Virus record (IMG/VR): IMGVR_UViG_3300001598_001658
Location: 1-64,000 of that record
DNA: 64,000 nt
Reading direction: 5' to 3' (one strand)
Source of the DNA: a virus
Taxonomy: Duplodnaviria > Caudoviricetes
This document shows positions 41,326-52,376 of this stretch, piece after piece. Within the stretch, counting starts at the first letter, position 1; each line of letters starts with the position of its first letter. Both the position numbers and the translations under genes were made by a program. The notes beneath the pieces are model-generated. The model had not been told where the DNA came from and made no database searches. It worked only from the letters and a program-made list of their open reading frames with translations.

Positions 41326-42958
41326 TATACTTTTTTGTGATAAATGGGCTATTGATAATCATATCCCAGAAGTAAAAAATGGAATTATGTTTACACAAAA
41401 ATCCTCTGAACCTGATCCTGATGGTTTGATTTCATATCAGATTTTTGGAGCACCAGGTACAATGGAAAGAAAAAGAAGCTGGGGTTATATTGATTTAGTT
41501 AATAAATTTGTTCATCCTCATGTTCTTTATGAGTTATGTAGATACCAAGCTAATTATAAAATTCTTATAAATGGTAATGAAGATTTCTTTGTAAGTCCAG
41601 TTACTGGAAAAATGACAATGGTTACACAAAAAGATCCTGTTCCAAATGGCACTATGCATGGAACTGGTGTAAGATTTTTATATAAAGTGTGGGATAAAAT
41701 TAATTTTGATACAACAGGAATTACATCAAACTCAACAGTAATGCGTTTGAAGTTTTTATCTTCTTTAAAGAAAGAAGAAGTTTTCATGAGCAAACTTCCA
41801 GTTATTCCTGCATTCTATAGAGATATGAGTTCTAATAATGAACGTGTATCTGAAATTAACACTATGTATCGTAAAGTATTAGGTAATGCTGCGGCACTTA
41901 AATCGTCTTCAGGTATGCTTGAAATCTTTGGAACCACATCATCTGATAGAAAGATTCAAGATGCATTAACAGAAATTTATCAATATTTTATTGATATTAT
42001 TGGTGGAACAAAAGGATTTATTCATAGAAACGTAATGGGTAAAGCAACAGATTATTCTGCTCGTGCTGTTATTTCTATGCCTAAATATGATAGTAATACA
42101 TTTGAAGCTGCCGAAGTTGATTTTAAAACATCAGCTATGCCTCTTTGTACAATTTGTAAATGTTTTGCACCATTCATCAAATACGGTCTCAGACAACTTG
42201 TAAATAAAATCATTGCTGGAAATAACTTTATCTATGCTATTGATCAAAAAACTAAAGAAGTAATGCGATTGGAATTAGCTATAGATTATATGGATGATTT
42301 CGATTCAGATCACATTGACGATTTGATTCAGCTTTATGATACATCGTACGAATATCGACTCGAACCGTTATATGTGCGTGTAAAAGATAAAACTATTGAA
42401 AAAGTACCATTGATGTTTTTTACCCCCGACAATGAACAAGCTGTTATGACAGAAGCCAGTGATGAAATGAAAGTTAATTCAAAGTATACTATTAGACCAA
42501 TGTCTGTAACAGAAGCATTATATATTGCGGCTTATAAAACTTGTTATAATAAATGTATGTATATTACTCGATATCCTATCGAAGATCAACATAATATTTA
42601 TCCAACAATGTTTAATATTATACCATGTACTAACACTGAAAAGAGAATCGTGTTGGGAGATGAATATCCAAGATGGCCAATTCTTTCAGATGATAGAGAA
42701 CATGCACATGATCTTAACTATTTATTTGTCGATACTGTACGTGTTTTCCCTACATTCTTAAAAGCTCTTGGTGGAGACTTTGATGGTGATCAGATTTCCA
42801 CACAGGGTGTATTTACAGAAGAAGCAAATGAAGCTTGTAGAAAATATATTACAAGTAAAATGAATATCGTCAATGTGTCTGGTGGTACAATGCGTGAATT
42901 TGCAGAGATCTCTCAAGTTGGTCTCTTTAATTTAACTTTTAGATATGAAAACAAATAA
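41312..42958 (+). CDS. Phage RNA polymerase beta' N-terminal subunit (probably virion RNAP)
   Basis: DGLISYQIFG, GYIDL, MGKATDYSARAVIS, TRYP and catalytic GGDFDGDQ. Confidence 0.9.
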   Translation: MTDVDILFCDKWAIDNHIPEVKNGIMFTQKSSEPDPDGLISYQIFGAPGTMERKRSWGYIDLVNKFVHPHVLYELCRYQANYKILINGNEDFFVSPVTGKMTMVTQKDPVPNGTMHGTGVRFLYKVWDKINFDTTGITSNSTVMRLKFLSSLKKEEVFMSKLPVIPAFYRDMSSNNERVSEINTMYRKVLGNAAALKSSSGMLEIFGTTSSDRKIQDALTEIYQYFIDIIGGTKGFIHRNVMGKATDYSARAVISMPKYDSNTFEAAEVDFKTSAMPLCTICKCFAPFIKYGLRQLVNKIIAGNNFIYAIDQKTKEVMRLELAIDYMDDFDSDHIDDLIQLYDTSYEYRLEPLYVRVKDKTIEKVPLMFFTPDNEQAVMTEASDEMKVNSKYTIRPMSVTEALYIAAYKTCYNKCMYITRYPIEDQHNIYPTMFNIIPCTNTEKRIVLGDEYPRWPILSDDREHAHDLNYLFVDTVRVFPTFLKALGGDFDGDQISTQGVFTEEANEACRKYITSKMNIVNVSGGTMREFAEISQVGLFNLTFRYENK

Positions 42959-42969
42959 AGGAGAATAAA

Positions 42970-45900
42970 ATGTCATATACACCTGAAAATAAGGCGGATA
43001 TAAATGTTTCGGATCTTAAGCTTCAAGCTGATGGTTTGATTGCTGCGGACTCGTATAACTTAATACCGACTTTTTTTGAAAAATATAAAGATAAACTTAA
43101 AGAAATCTCTGATTCTGTTAATAATATAGTAAAATCATATGGATTTAATAATAAAGCGAATGCTGATATTATTAATCCATTAAAAAACTATAATAGGGTC
43201 CTTTTAAATACTATTGATACTAGATCTATTCAAAGTGGTGTCATGGATGTACAACCTTCCAATCTTGATTCTGGTATTAGATCAATTGTAAACGAAGATA
43301 CTGGAACAAATGTAGAAGAAGGAATTATTGGATCTTTCCAAAAAATTACATCTGAATCATTTGCTCTTATGGATGAATATCGTATTTCATGCGAATTAAT
43401 TCCTGAATTAAAACGTGTTATTAAATTAATCGTTCGCGATATAATTAATGCTAATGAAATTACAAAACGTAGTATTCATGATGTTTATTCTATCCCTGAC
43501 GACGATACCGATGAAACTGATGACGATGTTTCTAAAATTAATAAACTTATTGATACAGAAATTACTGCAAAATATCATATTGAAGAAAAGCTTGAAACTT
43601 GGTTATATGAGGCTTTAACAACTGGTGCTAAACCATTATTAGTTTTACCTTATAAAGATATCATTAAACAAGCTCTCGCACTTTCTGGATGTCAGAATAA
43701 AGATGGTGCATTTGTAACAAAGAGTAATCATACACAAACTGGTACAAATGTAGCTATGTCTATGGAAGATTTGGATAATATGTCTTTTGAAACATTTGAA
43801 GAATTCGGTATTGAAAATATCGATCCTTTTAAAGTTGAAAAAGAATTGAAATCTGAAAAAGTATATAAACAAAATGGAATTAAACGTAGATCAAAATATA
43901 AATATCAATCTCAAGAAGATTTTGAAGATTATGAAAAATCTGTAGAAAATTTTGTAGGTGATATTATTGATGATAATATGATTGATACATTCTACGAATC
44001 TGGTCTTGAAGAATTATATTCTCGATATGCTATCGAAAAAAAGAAAGCAGATGATGAATGTGTACTGAGACATACACATGGTGTTGAAAGTAATGAAGAA
44101 GAAATTTATAAAAAATCTAACAATATTAAAGACTTTATTGATAAATTAAATAAATCAAATGAAGAAAAAGAAAAAACTAATGAAGAAAAAGAAGAAGAAG
44201 CTGAAAAAATAGACGAAGAACACATTAAAACAAGTATCCGTCATCAGCTTTCGGAATTTGTTTGTAAAATCGATAAAAATATAAATATTGTCAATGATGA
44301 CTATTCTGCTCTTTCTCTTGGTAAATCAAATTTAAATAAACGTATTACTAAGAAAAAGTTAGAAAAGAACTTTATTGATGGTATTTATGTAAAAGATGTA
44401 GAAGATTTAAAAAGTATTTCTGATGATTTTGATGGCGAAGTTCTTATTAGTGAACTTAATCCAGAATATGTAATTCCAGTTTCAATCGGTTCTCAGCATA
44501 TTCAGTATTATATTTATGAAGCAGAATCATATCAAGGTGCTACAGCTTCGTCTAGTAGAAAATCGACATCATTTGCAAATATCGTAGCTTCTACTGGTTA
44601 TGGTAATGATAAAGCTGTTATTTCAGCATCAAATGGCGTTTCTATTACACCTAACGATCCTGCACTTTCATCAGTATTTAATCCTGCAAATTTTGGTAAT
44701 ATCAATATGCCAATTCAAGGAAATGATATGATGGAAAATAATTCAAGAGTAGATATTATGAAACAGATTGTTTATCGTACTCTTGCTAAACGTATGGCGG
44801 ATCCATCATTATCTGAAAATAAATCATTTACAGATGCAATTATGAATCTTATGAGACAAGGGTATATTATAAATAGAGAAATCAAATTTACATGTGTACC
44901 TGCAACAAATGTCGTATATCTTGCTCACGATATTGATGATAAAGGTTTACCGCATTCTATTCTTGATGGTACTTTACTTCAGATCTATATGTATCTTGCT
45001 GGCATTGTATCGATGACAATGAATATTGTAAACAAATCTTCTGATAAAGAAAAACTCGAAGTTAATATGGGTATGAGTCATCAAATTGGTATGACACTTA
45101 TGGAAATCCAGAAACAGCTTTCTACTCGTAATATTCATGTAAAATCATTCTTTAATAATATCGGATCTGTATTGAGAAACGTAGCGACATATTCACGATA
45201 CTCTATTCCTGTTGTTGATGGTGAAAAATTATATGATATTAATACAGTAGAAAAGAATAGCGATTCTCCTATTGATACAGATTTTATTGAAAAACGATTA
45301 TCAAGTGTTCTCTCCTCATTACCTGCTCCTCCAGCAATTCTTAATATGATGCAAGAAGCAGAATTTTCAAGATCTATTGTAAATCAGAACTTAGAGTATA
45401 GAAATTCTATTAATGAAAAAGAATTTACATTTGGTAAACAGTTGACAAAACTTTATCGATTGATTGCATTATACACTCATTTGGCAAGACCTGTTTCTCC
45501 TGAAGATAAAGAACTTCAATCAGAAACAGCAGATGAAGAAAAAAATAGCGAATTACGAAGAGTTAATATTAAGAATATGAGTGTTCGATTTGTAAGTCCT
45601 ACATATCTTAATATGACAAATATTGCGGAAACATTTACTAATATGGAACCTGTAATCGAATCATTTGCTAAATATTTATTTGATGAAGATGCAGATACAA
45701 AACTCGAAAAAGATTTAATCCAGAGATTTAAAAAGGAATGTGTTAAACATTTTGCTGGTAATATTGATTTCGATTATTTTGAACGAATTGCTGAACAGAT
45801 TAAAGCTAATCCTGTTGAAGATATAGCTGAAAAAGCTAAAGAAAAGGTAATGGCTAAAAATCTCGAAGATATGTTAAATGGTGAAATTACAAGTGATTCT

Positions 45901-45975
45901 TCTTCAGGTGGAAGTGATAACTTTGGTGGCGGTGAAAGTTCAGCCGATGATGAAGAAGACGATTTTAATTTTTAA
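42970..45975 (+). CDS. Portal protein (T4 gp20-like, with insertions)
   Basis: PELKRVIKLIVRDII; KEKLEVNMG...YSIPVVDGEKLYDINT...LSSLPAP, in portal-like order; acidic tail. Confidence 0.6.
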   Translation: MSYTPENKADINVSDLKLQADGLIAADSYNLIPTFFEKYKDKLKEISDSVNNIVKSYGFNNKANADIINPLKNYNRVLLNTIDTRSIQSGVMDVQPSNLDSGIRSIVNEDTGTNVEEGIIGSFQKITSESFALMDEYRISCELIPELKRVIKLIVRDIINANEITKRSIHDVYSIPDDDTDETDDDVSKINKLIDTEITAKYHIEEKLETWLYEALTTGAKPLLVLPYKDIIKQALALSGCQNKDGAFVTKSNHTQTGTNVAMSMEDLDNMSFETFEEFGIENIDPFKVEKELKSEKVYKQNGIKRRSKYKYQSQEDFEDYEKSVENFVGDIIDDNMIDTFYESGLEELYSRYAIEKKKADDECVLRHTHGVESNEEEIYKKSNNIKDFIDKLNKSNEEKEKTNEEKEEEAEKIDEEHIKTSIRHQLSEFVCKIDKNINIVNDDYSALSLGKSNLNKRITKKKLEKNFIDGIYVKDVEDLKSISDDFDGEVLISELNPEYVIPVSIGSQHIQYYIYEAESYQGATASSSRKSTSFANIVASTGYGNDKAVISASNGVSITPNDPALSSVFNPANFGNINMPIQGNDMMENNSRVDIMKQIVYRTLAKRMADPSLSENKSFTDAIMNLMRQGYIINREIKFTCVPATNVVYLAHDIDDKGLPHSILDGTLLQIYMYLAGIVSMTMNIVNKSSDKEKLEVNMGMSHQIGMTLMEIQKQLSTRNIHVKSFFNNIGSVLRNVATYSRYSIPVVDGEKLYDINTVEKNSDSPIDTDFIEKRLSSVLSSLPAPPAILNMMQEAEFSRSIVNQNLEYRNSINEKEFTFGKQLTKLYRLIALYTHLARPVSPEDKELQSETADEEKNSELRRVNIKNMSVRFVSPTYLNMTNIAETFTNMEPVIESFAKYLFDEDADTKLEKDLIQRFKKECVKHFAGNIDFDYFERIAEQIKANPVEDIAEKAKEKVMAKNLEDMLNGEITSDSSSGGSDNFGGGESSADDEEDDFNF

Positions 45976-46047
45976 TTAACTATTATGTTGGTACCCGATT
46001 ATTCGGGTACCATTTTTGAACGTTTTAATATAATAGGAGAAAATTAT

Positions 46048-46809
46048 ATGAAAAAAAATATTTTTTTATTTATATGCATTTTATTCACATTTAATCTTTT
46101 TGCTGAAATGCTCTCTATCGATTTAGACGATTCAGAATTACCAATTGCAACAAAAGAAGAATATAGAGAACTTATTGTGCATGATTATTATACTTTATCG
46201 TATAGAGAATTTTATGAACAAGCAGAGTGGGTAATGTATGTTATGCAACCAAGTGGATACGCTAAAAGATCCGATGATTTTAGATCCGATCCTATGGTTT
46301 CAACACTATCGGCTACACCTAATGATTATAAAAATTCAGGATATGATAAAGGTCATTTAGCACCGGCAGCAGATTTTAATTTTGGTGATGATGCTATTAG
46401 TCAAACATTTTTTATGAGTAATATGAGTCCACAACATCCTAGATTAAATAGAGGTTCATGGAAAAATTTAGAAGAATATTTTAGATTTTTATCAGAAAAA
46501 TTTGATAAGGTATATGTAATTACTGGACCAATATTAGGTAATGATGATGAGAGAGAAAATTTTGGTAGTATTGGACGAAATGATGTAGCTATACCTAATT
46601 TGTATTATAAATGTGGTTTATTTATAAAAGATGATCAATATTATATGATTGGATTTATTATACCTAATGAAGAAAAACTTAGACCATATCAGCATTATCA
46701 GGAAAAAATAGATACTATAGAATATTTAACAAATTTAGATTTATTTTCTTTTTTACTTGATGATATAGAAGAAGAATTAGAATCTAGTAATCCTGACTTA
46801 ATTTATTAA
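46048..46809 (+). CDS. Exported DNA/RNA non-specific endonuclease (NucA type)
   Basis: YDKGHLAP, SNMSPQ, LNRGSW; signal peptide from ATG 46048. Confidence 0.92.
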   Translation: MKKNIFLFICILFTFNLFAEMLSIDLDDSELPIATKEEYRELIVHDYYTLSYREFYEQAEWVMYVMQPSGYAKRSDDFRSDPMVSTLSATPNDYKNSGYDKGHLAPAADFNFGDDAISQTFFMSNMSPQHPRLNRGSWKNLEEYFRFLSEKFDKVYVITGPILGNDDERENFGSIGRNDVAIPNLYYKCGLFIKDDQYYMIGFIIPNEEKLRPYQHYQEKIDTIEYLTNLDLFSFLLDDIEEELESSNPDLIY

Positions 46810-46955
46810 TTAAAATGCATCTAGCCATTATTTGGCTAGACAGATATTTTTATAATTTATAATGTTAATACTAAATATTTTTTTAAAGAATATGATAAAA
46901 ATAAACATTATAATAGCTAACGGTTATAAGATAAAATATATAGGAGAATTACTAT

Positions 46956-49571
46956 ATGAAAGTTGTAAAACGTGATGGCAGTATTGAAGAAAATACAGGA
47001 ATAGTTGAGTATAACCTCGGTTTGATTACATCAGCTATTACAAAAGCCAATAATTCGGTTACTCAGAAAAAAAATAAAATGACAAAAGCTAAGATTACAG
47101 AGGTCGCAAAAAGTATTGATTATGTAATCAAAGATACATCACCTGAGGGGATTCCTAAAGTTGAAATTGTCGTTGGATATAAAGATGATGAGAAAAAAAC
47201 CGAAATTAAAGATTACGTTGTTGAGATCGAAGACATTCAGGATTTAGTTGAAAATAAACTTATTGAATTCGGATGTATTGCGGTTGCTAAAAATTACATC
47301 AAATATAGAAATGAAAGAACTCGTATAAGGGAACAGAAAAGTGAACTTTATCGAGAACTCCTTAAAAAAGGCAATGCTGAAGATGTTCAGAATCAAAATG
47401 CTAATGTAGACGAGCACTCCTTTGGAGGTCGTAAAGGTGAAATGGATAATGTTATCATGACTAAATTGGCTCTCGACTGGATGACCGAGGAAGAAAGAGA
47501 TAGCTTTTATAATAATGAAACATATCCTCACGACAAAGACTGGCTTTTCTTAGGTGCTCATAACTGTATGTCAATTACTTTTGATGATCTTATTAATGAT
47601 TACGGATTTAACACACGTCAAACTGACGTTCGTGTATCAAATTCTCTTAATACTGGTTATCAAATGCTTGCAGTTGGATCTCAATTACAATCATTACAGG
47701 AATTTGGCGGGGTGTCTGCAACACATGTTGACTCTACTTTGGCAGTACAATTAAGAAATTCTTTCTACAAACACTATAAGGATGTAAAAAATATTATTCC
47801 ATTTGTGAATAATAAATTAATTATTCCAGGTGAAGCACGAGACGTTCCTATTCTTTCAAAAATTTATAGAGGTGGAATTTTTAATATTTTTAAACGTTAC
47901 ATGTTCTATAAAGCAGTTGAATTAACTATTAGAGAATCTGATCAGGGTGCAGAAGGTCTTTATCACAATTTAAATACTCTTCAATCTAGATCGGGCAATC
48001 AGTTGCCATTTACTTCTATTAACTATGGTCTTGATACTACACCAGAAGGAAGAATTATAACTAATTCTTTACTTAAAGCTTCTATGAAAGGTCTTGGTAA
48101 ATATTATAGAACTTCTATCTTCCCTTGTGGTATTTTCCAGTTAAAGAATGGTGTAAATTTAAAACCAGGTGATCCAAACTATGATTTAAAACTTAAAGCA
48201 TTGGAATCAACTGTAAAAAGATTTTATCCAAATTATGTAAACTGCGATTGGTCAGTTCAAGTTGCAGGAATTAAGAAAGATCGTGAAATTAAACGAAATG
48301 TAATTAATAATCTTCTTACACAGGATGTAAAAGAAAATCTTATCAGTATATTTACCGTACATCCAGAATATGCAAAGAAAATCAATTTGGCTGTTTCTAA
48401 TGGTTCATTGATTGTTACAGATGAAGTTAATCCAATGGAAGAAGCTTCAACTATGGGATGTCGTACATACAATGGATTTGATATTAACTTTGATGAAAAA
48501 TATTTTAAATCACTGTTACTTAAAATCGTTAAAACTGAAAAACTTCCTAAAAATTATTTGTATTCTGGCATGCAGAAAGATGGTAGAGGTAATATTGCTC
48601 CTCACACAATTATTCTTCCTACACTTGCTATGGAAGCAGTAGAAGAAAGTAAAGAAACTGGTGAAGATGTAATAGAAGTATTTATGAGAATTCTTGATAA
48701 AAATATCGATCTCACAAAGAGATTCCTTATTAGAAGATTTAATCATATTGCTTCTCAGAAAATGGAATCAGCTAAATTTATGTACGAAAATGATATCATG
48801 AAAGGATATGTTCCGGAACAGGGTATTAGAAGTGCATTAAAACATGGTACATTAGCTATCGGTCAGCTTGGTCTTGCCGAATGTCTTCAGGCACTCATTG
48901 GATGCGATCATACAAAACCTGAAGGTATGGAATTAGCTAAACGTATTGAGCAACTTTTTAAAGATCGCTGTGATCAGTATAAAGAAGAATATAAGCTTAA
49001 TTTTGGTGTATATTTTACACCTGCTGAAAATCTTTGTTATACCGCATATAAAAAGTTTGTTAAACGTTATGGTCTTATTGAAAACGTATCTGCTTATCGA
49101 GATGAAAATGGTAAACTCGTAGAACGCGGATATTTTACAAATAGTATTCATGTACCAGTTTGGGTTCGTATTGATCCGATTGAAAAGATTGATATTGAAA
49201 CACAGCTTATTCCATATTCATCTGCGGGTAGTATTTTATATATCGAAATTGATAGTAAAATGCAGAATAATATTAAAGGCATTGAAGATATTTTGGATTA
49301 CGCTATATCTAAGGATGCTTCTTATATTGCTTTTAATGTACCAGCAGATCAGTGTCTTGATTGTGGTTTTATTGGTGATTTTAGTGCAGAATGCAAATGT
49401 ACAAAATGTGGATCGACAAATATTCTTATGCCAGCTAAGGTTACAGGATATCTTACAGGAGACTGGAGATATTCATTTAATCACGGAAAACAGGATGAGA
49501 AACGAGATAGATTCAAACATAGTACAATTGCAAACACTTTAGCTATGAAACATATTTTGGGGATTGCATGA
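46956..49571 (+). CDS. nrdD: Anaerobic ribonucleoside-triphosphate reductase
   Basis: ATP cone VVKRDG, MGCRT, TPAENL, YFTNS, CxxC...CxxC, VTGYL. Confidence 0.95.
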   Translation: MKVVKRDGSIEENTGIVEYNLGLITSAITKANNSVTQKKNKMTKAKITEVAKSIDYVIKDTSPEGIPKVEIVVGYKDDEKKTEIKDYVVEIEDIQDLVENKLIEFGCIAVAKNYIKYRNERTRIREQKSELYRELLKKGNAEDVQNQNANVDEHSFGGRKGEMDNVIMTKLALDWMTEEERDSFYNNETYPHDKDWLFLGAHNCMSITFDDLINDYGFNTRQTDVRVSNSLNTGYQMLAVGSQLQSLQEFGGVSATHVDSTLAVQLRNSFYKHYKDVKNIIPFVNNKLIIPGEARDVPILSKIYRGGIFNIFKRYMFYKAVELTIRESDQGAEGLYHNLNTLQSRSGNQLPFTSINYGLDTTPEGRIITNSLLKASMKGLGKYYRTSIFPCGIFQLKNGVNLKPGDPNYDLKLKALESTVKRFYPNYVNCDWSVQVAGIKKDREIKRNVINNLLTQDVKENLISIFTVHPEYAKKINLAVSNGSLIVTDEVNPMEEASTMGCRTYNGFDINFDEKYFKSLLLKIVKTEKLPKNYLYSGMQKDGRGNIAPHTIILPTLAMEAVEESKETGEDVIEVFMRILDKNIDLTKRFLIRRFNHIASQKMESAKFMYENDIMKGYVPEQGIRSALKHGTLAIGQLGLAECLQALIGCDHTKPEGMELAKRIEQLFKDRCDQYKEEYKLNFGVYFTPAENLCYTAYKKFVKRYGLIENVSAYRDENGKLVERGYFTNSIHVPVWVRIDPIEKIDIETQLIPYSSAGSILYIEIDSKMQNNIKGIEDILDYAISKDASYIAFNVPADQCLDCGFIGDFSAECKCTKCGSTNILMPAKVTGYLTGDWRYSFNHGKQDEKRDRFKHSTIANTLAMKHILGIA

Positions 49572-50137
49572 AATTAGCCGCTATTAATCCTACAGACTTT
49601 GGTAATTCAATCGATGGTGTAACAATCAGCGTATGGGTCCAAGGTTGTCCTCATCATTGTCCTGGTTGTCATAATAAAGATAATTGGGATTTTGATGATC
49701 CAAATTACCCTGAAATAAAAGATGAAGATCGAATTATTCATCGTATAGTTGACATGATGAGTGAAGAGGGAATTGAAAAAAATCTCTCTATTTTGGGCGG
49801 AGAACCGTTAGCACCGCAAAATGAAAATTTTGTCTTACGCCTTATTCAACATGCAAGAAAAGAAAAACCAGATTCATCTATTTATTTATGGACTGGTTAT
49901 TCTATGTCTGAATTAAATGTAAAATATTTTAAAGACAAAGAAAAATTCGATTCATTGTTAATGGTCGACTATCTTATTACAGATAGATTCATCTTAAGTA
50001 GACGAAATCTTTCTTTGAGTCTCCGAGGATCAGACAATCAACATATATGGCAACCTATCAAGAAGTTTAAGTTTTTCGGAAAATATCAATTTGTTGATAT
50101 AACCGACAAGATAGATTGTAATATGAATAAAAAATAA
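49568..50137 (+). CDS. nrdG: Anaerobic RNR activase
   Basis: QGCPHHCPGCHN radical-SAM motif, LGGEP, RGSDNQ. Confidence 0.95.
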   Translation: MKLAAINPTDFGNSIDGVTISVWVQGCPHHCPGCHNKDNWDFDDPNYPEIKDEDRIIHRIVDMMSEEGIEKNLSILGGEPLAPQNENFVLRLIQHARKEKPDSSIYLWTGYSMSELNVKYFKDKEKFDSLLMVDYLITDRFILSRRNLSLSLRGSDNQHIWQPIKKFKFFGKYQFVDITDKIDCNMNKK

Positions 50138-50177
50138 ATATATATTATTTATTAGATCAAAAGTTAAAAAGGGGAAA

Positions 50178-50441
50178 ATGATGGACGATTTTAAATTAAT
50201 TAATCGATTCTCAGTATTATCTGAACAGCTTGTCGATAATAAAATTGACAAAGAAACATTCAAAAAAGAAGTTGATTTGCTCGCAAATCTCGCAGCTCTT
50301 CCTATCATAGGGGAGAAACTACGAGTTATGGGTCAAAATACAATTGCCGATTTTGAATATCATAGAAATAAGAGATATTTGTACAACGGAAATATGATAA
50401 ATATTTCTGATTCTATAGTTTCAGAAGAATTCTGCGATTAA
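50178..50441 (+). CDS. Hypothetical protein
   Basis: AGGGG RBS. Confidence 0.55.
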   Translation: MMDDFKLINRFSVLSEQLVDNKIDKETFKKEVDLLANLAALPIIGEKLRVMGQNTIADFEYHRNKRYLYNGNMINISDSIVSEEFCD

Positions 50442-50456
50442 TAAAAATGTTCATAT

Positions 50457-50494
50457 AAATAAACCTGGAGCATTTGCTCCAGGTTTATTTTTTT
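50457..50494 (+). terminator. Intrinsic terminator
   Basis: AAATAAACCTGGAGC-ATTT-GCTCCAGGTTTATTT plus T-tract. Confidence 0.85.
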
Positions 50495-50549
50495 ATACTT
50501 TCTTTAACTATACAATATAAATTATTATCTTTAATGGAGGATAAATAAT

Positions 50550-52376
50550 ATGAGTGATGAAAATAACAACGTTATTGAAGATTCAAACACAGAGACTCAG
50601 ATTGATTTCAGCGATTTTGATTCAGAATTCGCAAATGCAAATAAAACTGAAAAAGAAAAAATTATTGCAGAAGTCGAAAGGGAAAAAGAAACAAAATCTG
50701 AACCTGTAGTAGAAAATTCAACAGCTTCTTCTAAACTCGAAGAAGCTATTTCTGAAGAATCAGAAAAGAAACCTATTGTTGAAGAAAAAGTTCCGGAAAA
50801 GAAAGTTTCTAAAAAGAAAGAAACTTCGGTTACACCTGTGTCGGAAGTTGTAAAAGAAGAAAAAACTGAAACTTCTAAAAAGAAATCAGATTTAATCTTA
50901 GATGAGGATGAAATTAAAGAAAGATCTAAGATTGAAATTACTTCAGATGATGTTGAAAATGAAGCTGAAGATGATGAAATTAGATCTATCATCAATTCGC
51001 AGGAACCAAATGCAAGACAGCATCGTGTTGTAGATGATGAATCTGAATCGAAAGAAGATTTTATTATTGATACAGATGAAACCGAAACAATCATTGAAAA
51101 AGAAGAAAAGAAAGAAACTGTTGAAGATATCGAAGAAAAAAGAAAGAAGGTTGATGAATACTTTGAAAAACGCACAGGATTCAAAGTATATGGTGGAGAA
51201 GGCGGAACTGCGTGTATCTTTGCATCAGATAACCCTAATATCAAAGCTCTCAGAGAATTTGATATTCCATCTGATAAAATTAAACCAATTTCAAATTCAA
51301 ACGATTCTCTCAGACAGTCATTCCTTGATCAGTATATCACTTTAAAGAATGCAAAAGATTCTACCGTTGTTGATCATCGAATCACACGTTTCCCGCTGCT
51401 TCTTTCTGGTTATTATGCAGAAATGACAGATTATTCAATGGGCGATCTTACAAAAGTTATTCGTACATTGCGTAATCCTGATTTATCATTTGTTCGTAAA
51501 TTCCAACAGGAATTACTTTCACTTTATGAACACATTTCATGGACAAACCTTAAGCCTGAAGGCGAAAAACTTACATTCGAAGAATGGCTTTCAAGTACAA
51601 AGTATCAAGATCTTGGAATGTTCTATTTTGGAGCATATGATGCTACATATCCTGGTGAAAGTAAATATGATATTACTTGTGGTAACTGTCATCAGTCTTT
51701 TACTGTTTCAAAGAAGAACAGAGCTCTTTCTTATCTGTTACAGAATGGAAAAGATCCAATTCTTACTGACAGATTTATTTATGATGTAATGCATGAAAAG
51801 ATTCCGGCTTCTGAATTCAAAAAGACAATTATTTATTCAAAAGCAAATACTCCTTTTGATGAAAAAGTTCTTTTGCCGCACAATATTAAAGTATCATACA
51901 ACTGTCCTTCACTTCTCGATATTCTTGAATATCTTTCTATTTTTGAAGATGAACTCAGTGAAGATTTCGAAGATCTTGAAGCACTTATCGATGATACAAT
52001 GGATGGACACAATGTACTTGTAATGTACACTATGATCCAGAGCCTTATTCTTCCGGTTAATAAAGGTAAGAATGCTGAAGGTAAAAACGTTATTTCATTC
52101 TATGAACTTTCAACAAAAGTTGAAGATCCAAACGAAAGAATGGAAAATCGTCGACATATCGTAAGTATTTTGAAAACACTTCCAACTGATGAATTTGCTC
52201 AGTTATTTAAAGGTAAAGAAATTGCTGAACGTAAACGTCTTGTTGGTATTACAAATATCTTACACAATATTACTTGTACTGAATGTGGAAGTAATATTTC
52301 ACGTATTCCAATCGATATGCGTGTCAATTTTTTTACACGCGCAGCCACCGCGGTGGATCAGATCGATCAGTATTAG
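50550..52376 (+). CDS. Tail assembly chaperone / baseplate-hub-assembly-like protein (short form)
   Basis: Acidic disordered N-terminus; TYPG...CGNC and CTECG Zn motifs; ends near NFF at a slippery site. Confidence 0.6.
   Translation: MSDENNNVIEDSNTETQIDFSDFDSEFANANKTEKEKIIAEVEREKETKSEPVVENSTASSKLEEAISEESEKKPIVEEKVPEKKVSKKKETSVTPVSEVVKEEKTETSKKKSDLILDEDEIKERSKIEITSDDVENEAEDDEIRSIINSQEPNARQHRVVDDESESKEDFIIDTDETETIIEKEEKKETVEDIEEKRKKVDEYFEKRTGFKVYGGEGGTACIFASDNPNIKALREFDIPSDKIKPISNSNDSLRQSFLDQYITLKNAKDSTVVDHRITRFPLLLSGYYAEMTDYSMGDLTKVIRTLRNPDLSFVRKFQQELLSLYEHISWTNLKPEGEKLTFEEWLSSTKYQDLGMFYFGAYDATYPGESKYDITCGNCHQSFTVSKKNRALSYLLQNGKDPILTDRFIYDVMHEKIPASEFKKTIIYSKANTPFDEKVLLPHNIKVSYNCPSLLDILEYLSIFEDELSEDFEDLEALIDDTMDGHNVLVMYTMIQSLILPVNKGKNAEGKNVISFYELSTKVEDPNERMENRRHIVSILKTLPTDEFAQLFKGKEIAERKRLVGITNILHNITCTECGSNISRIPIDMRVNFFTRAATAVDQIDQY

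Noticed and set aside
50597-51244. 215-aa antisense ORF (and similar ones at 33345-33767, 24131-24514, 63565-63945)
   Set aside because: Shadows of genuine genes on the opposite strand, with Ser/Phe-rich mirror composition
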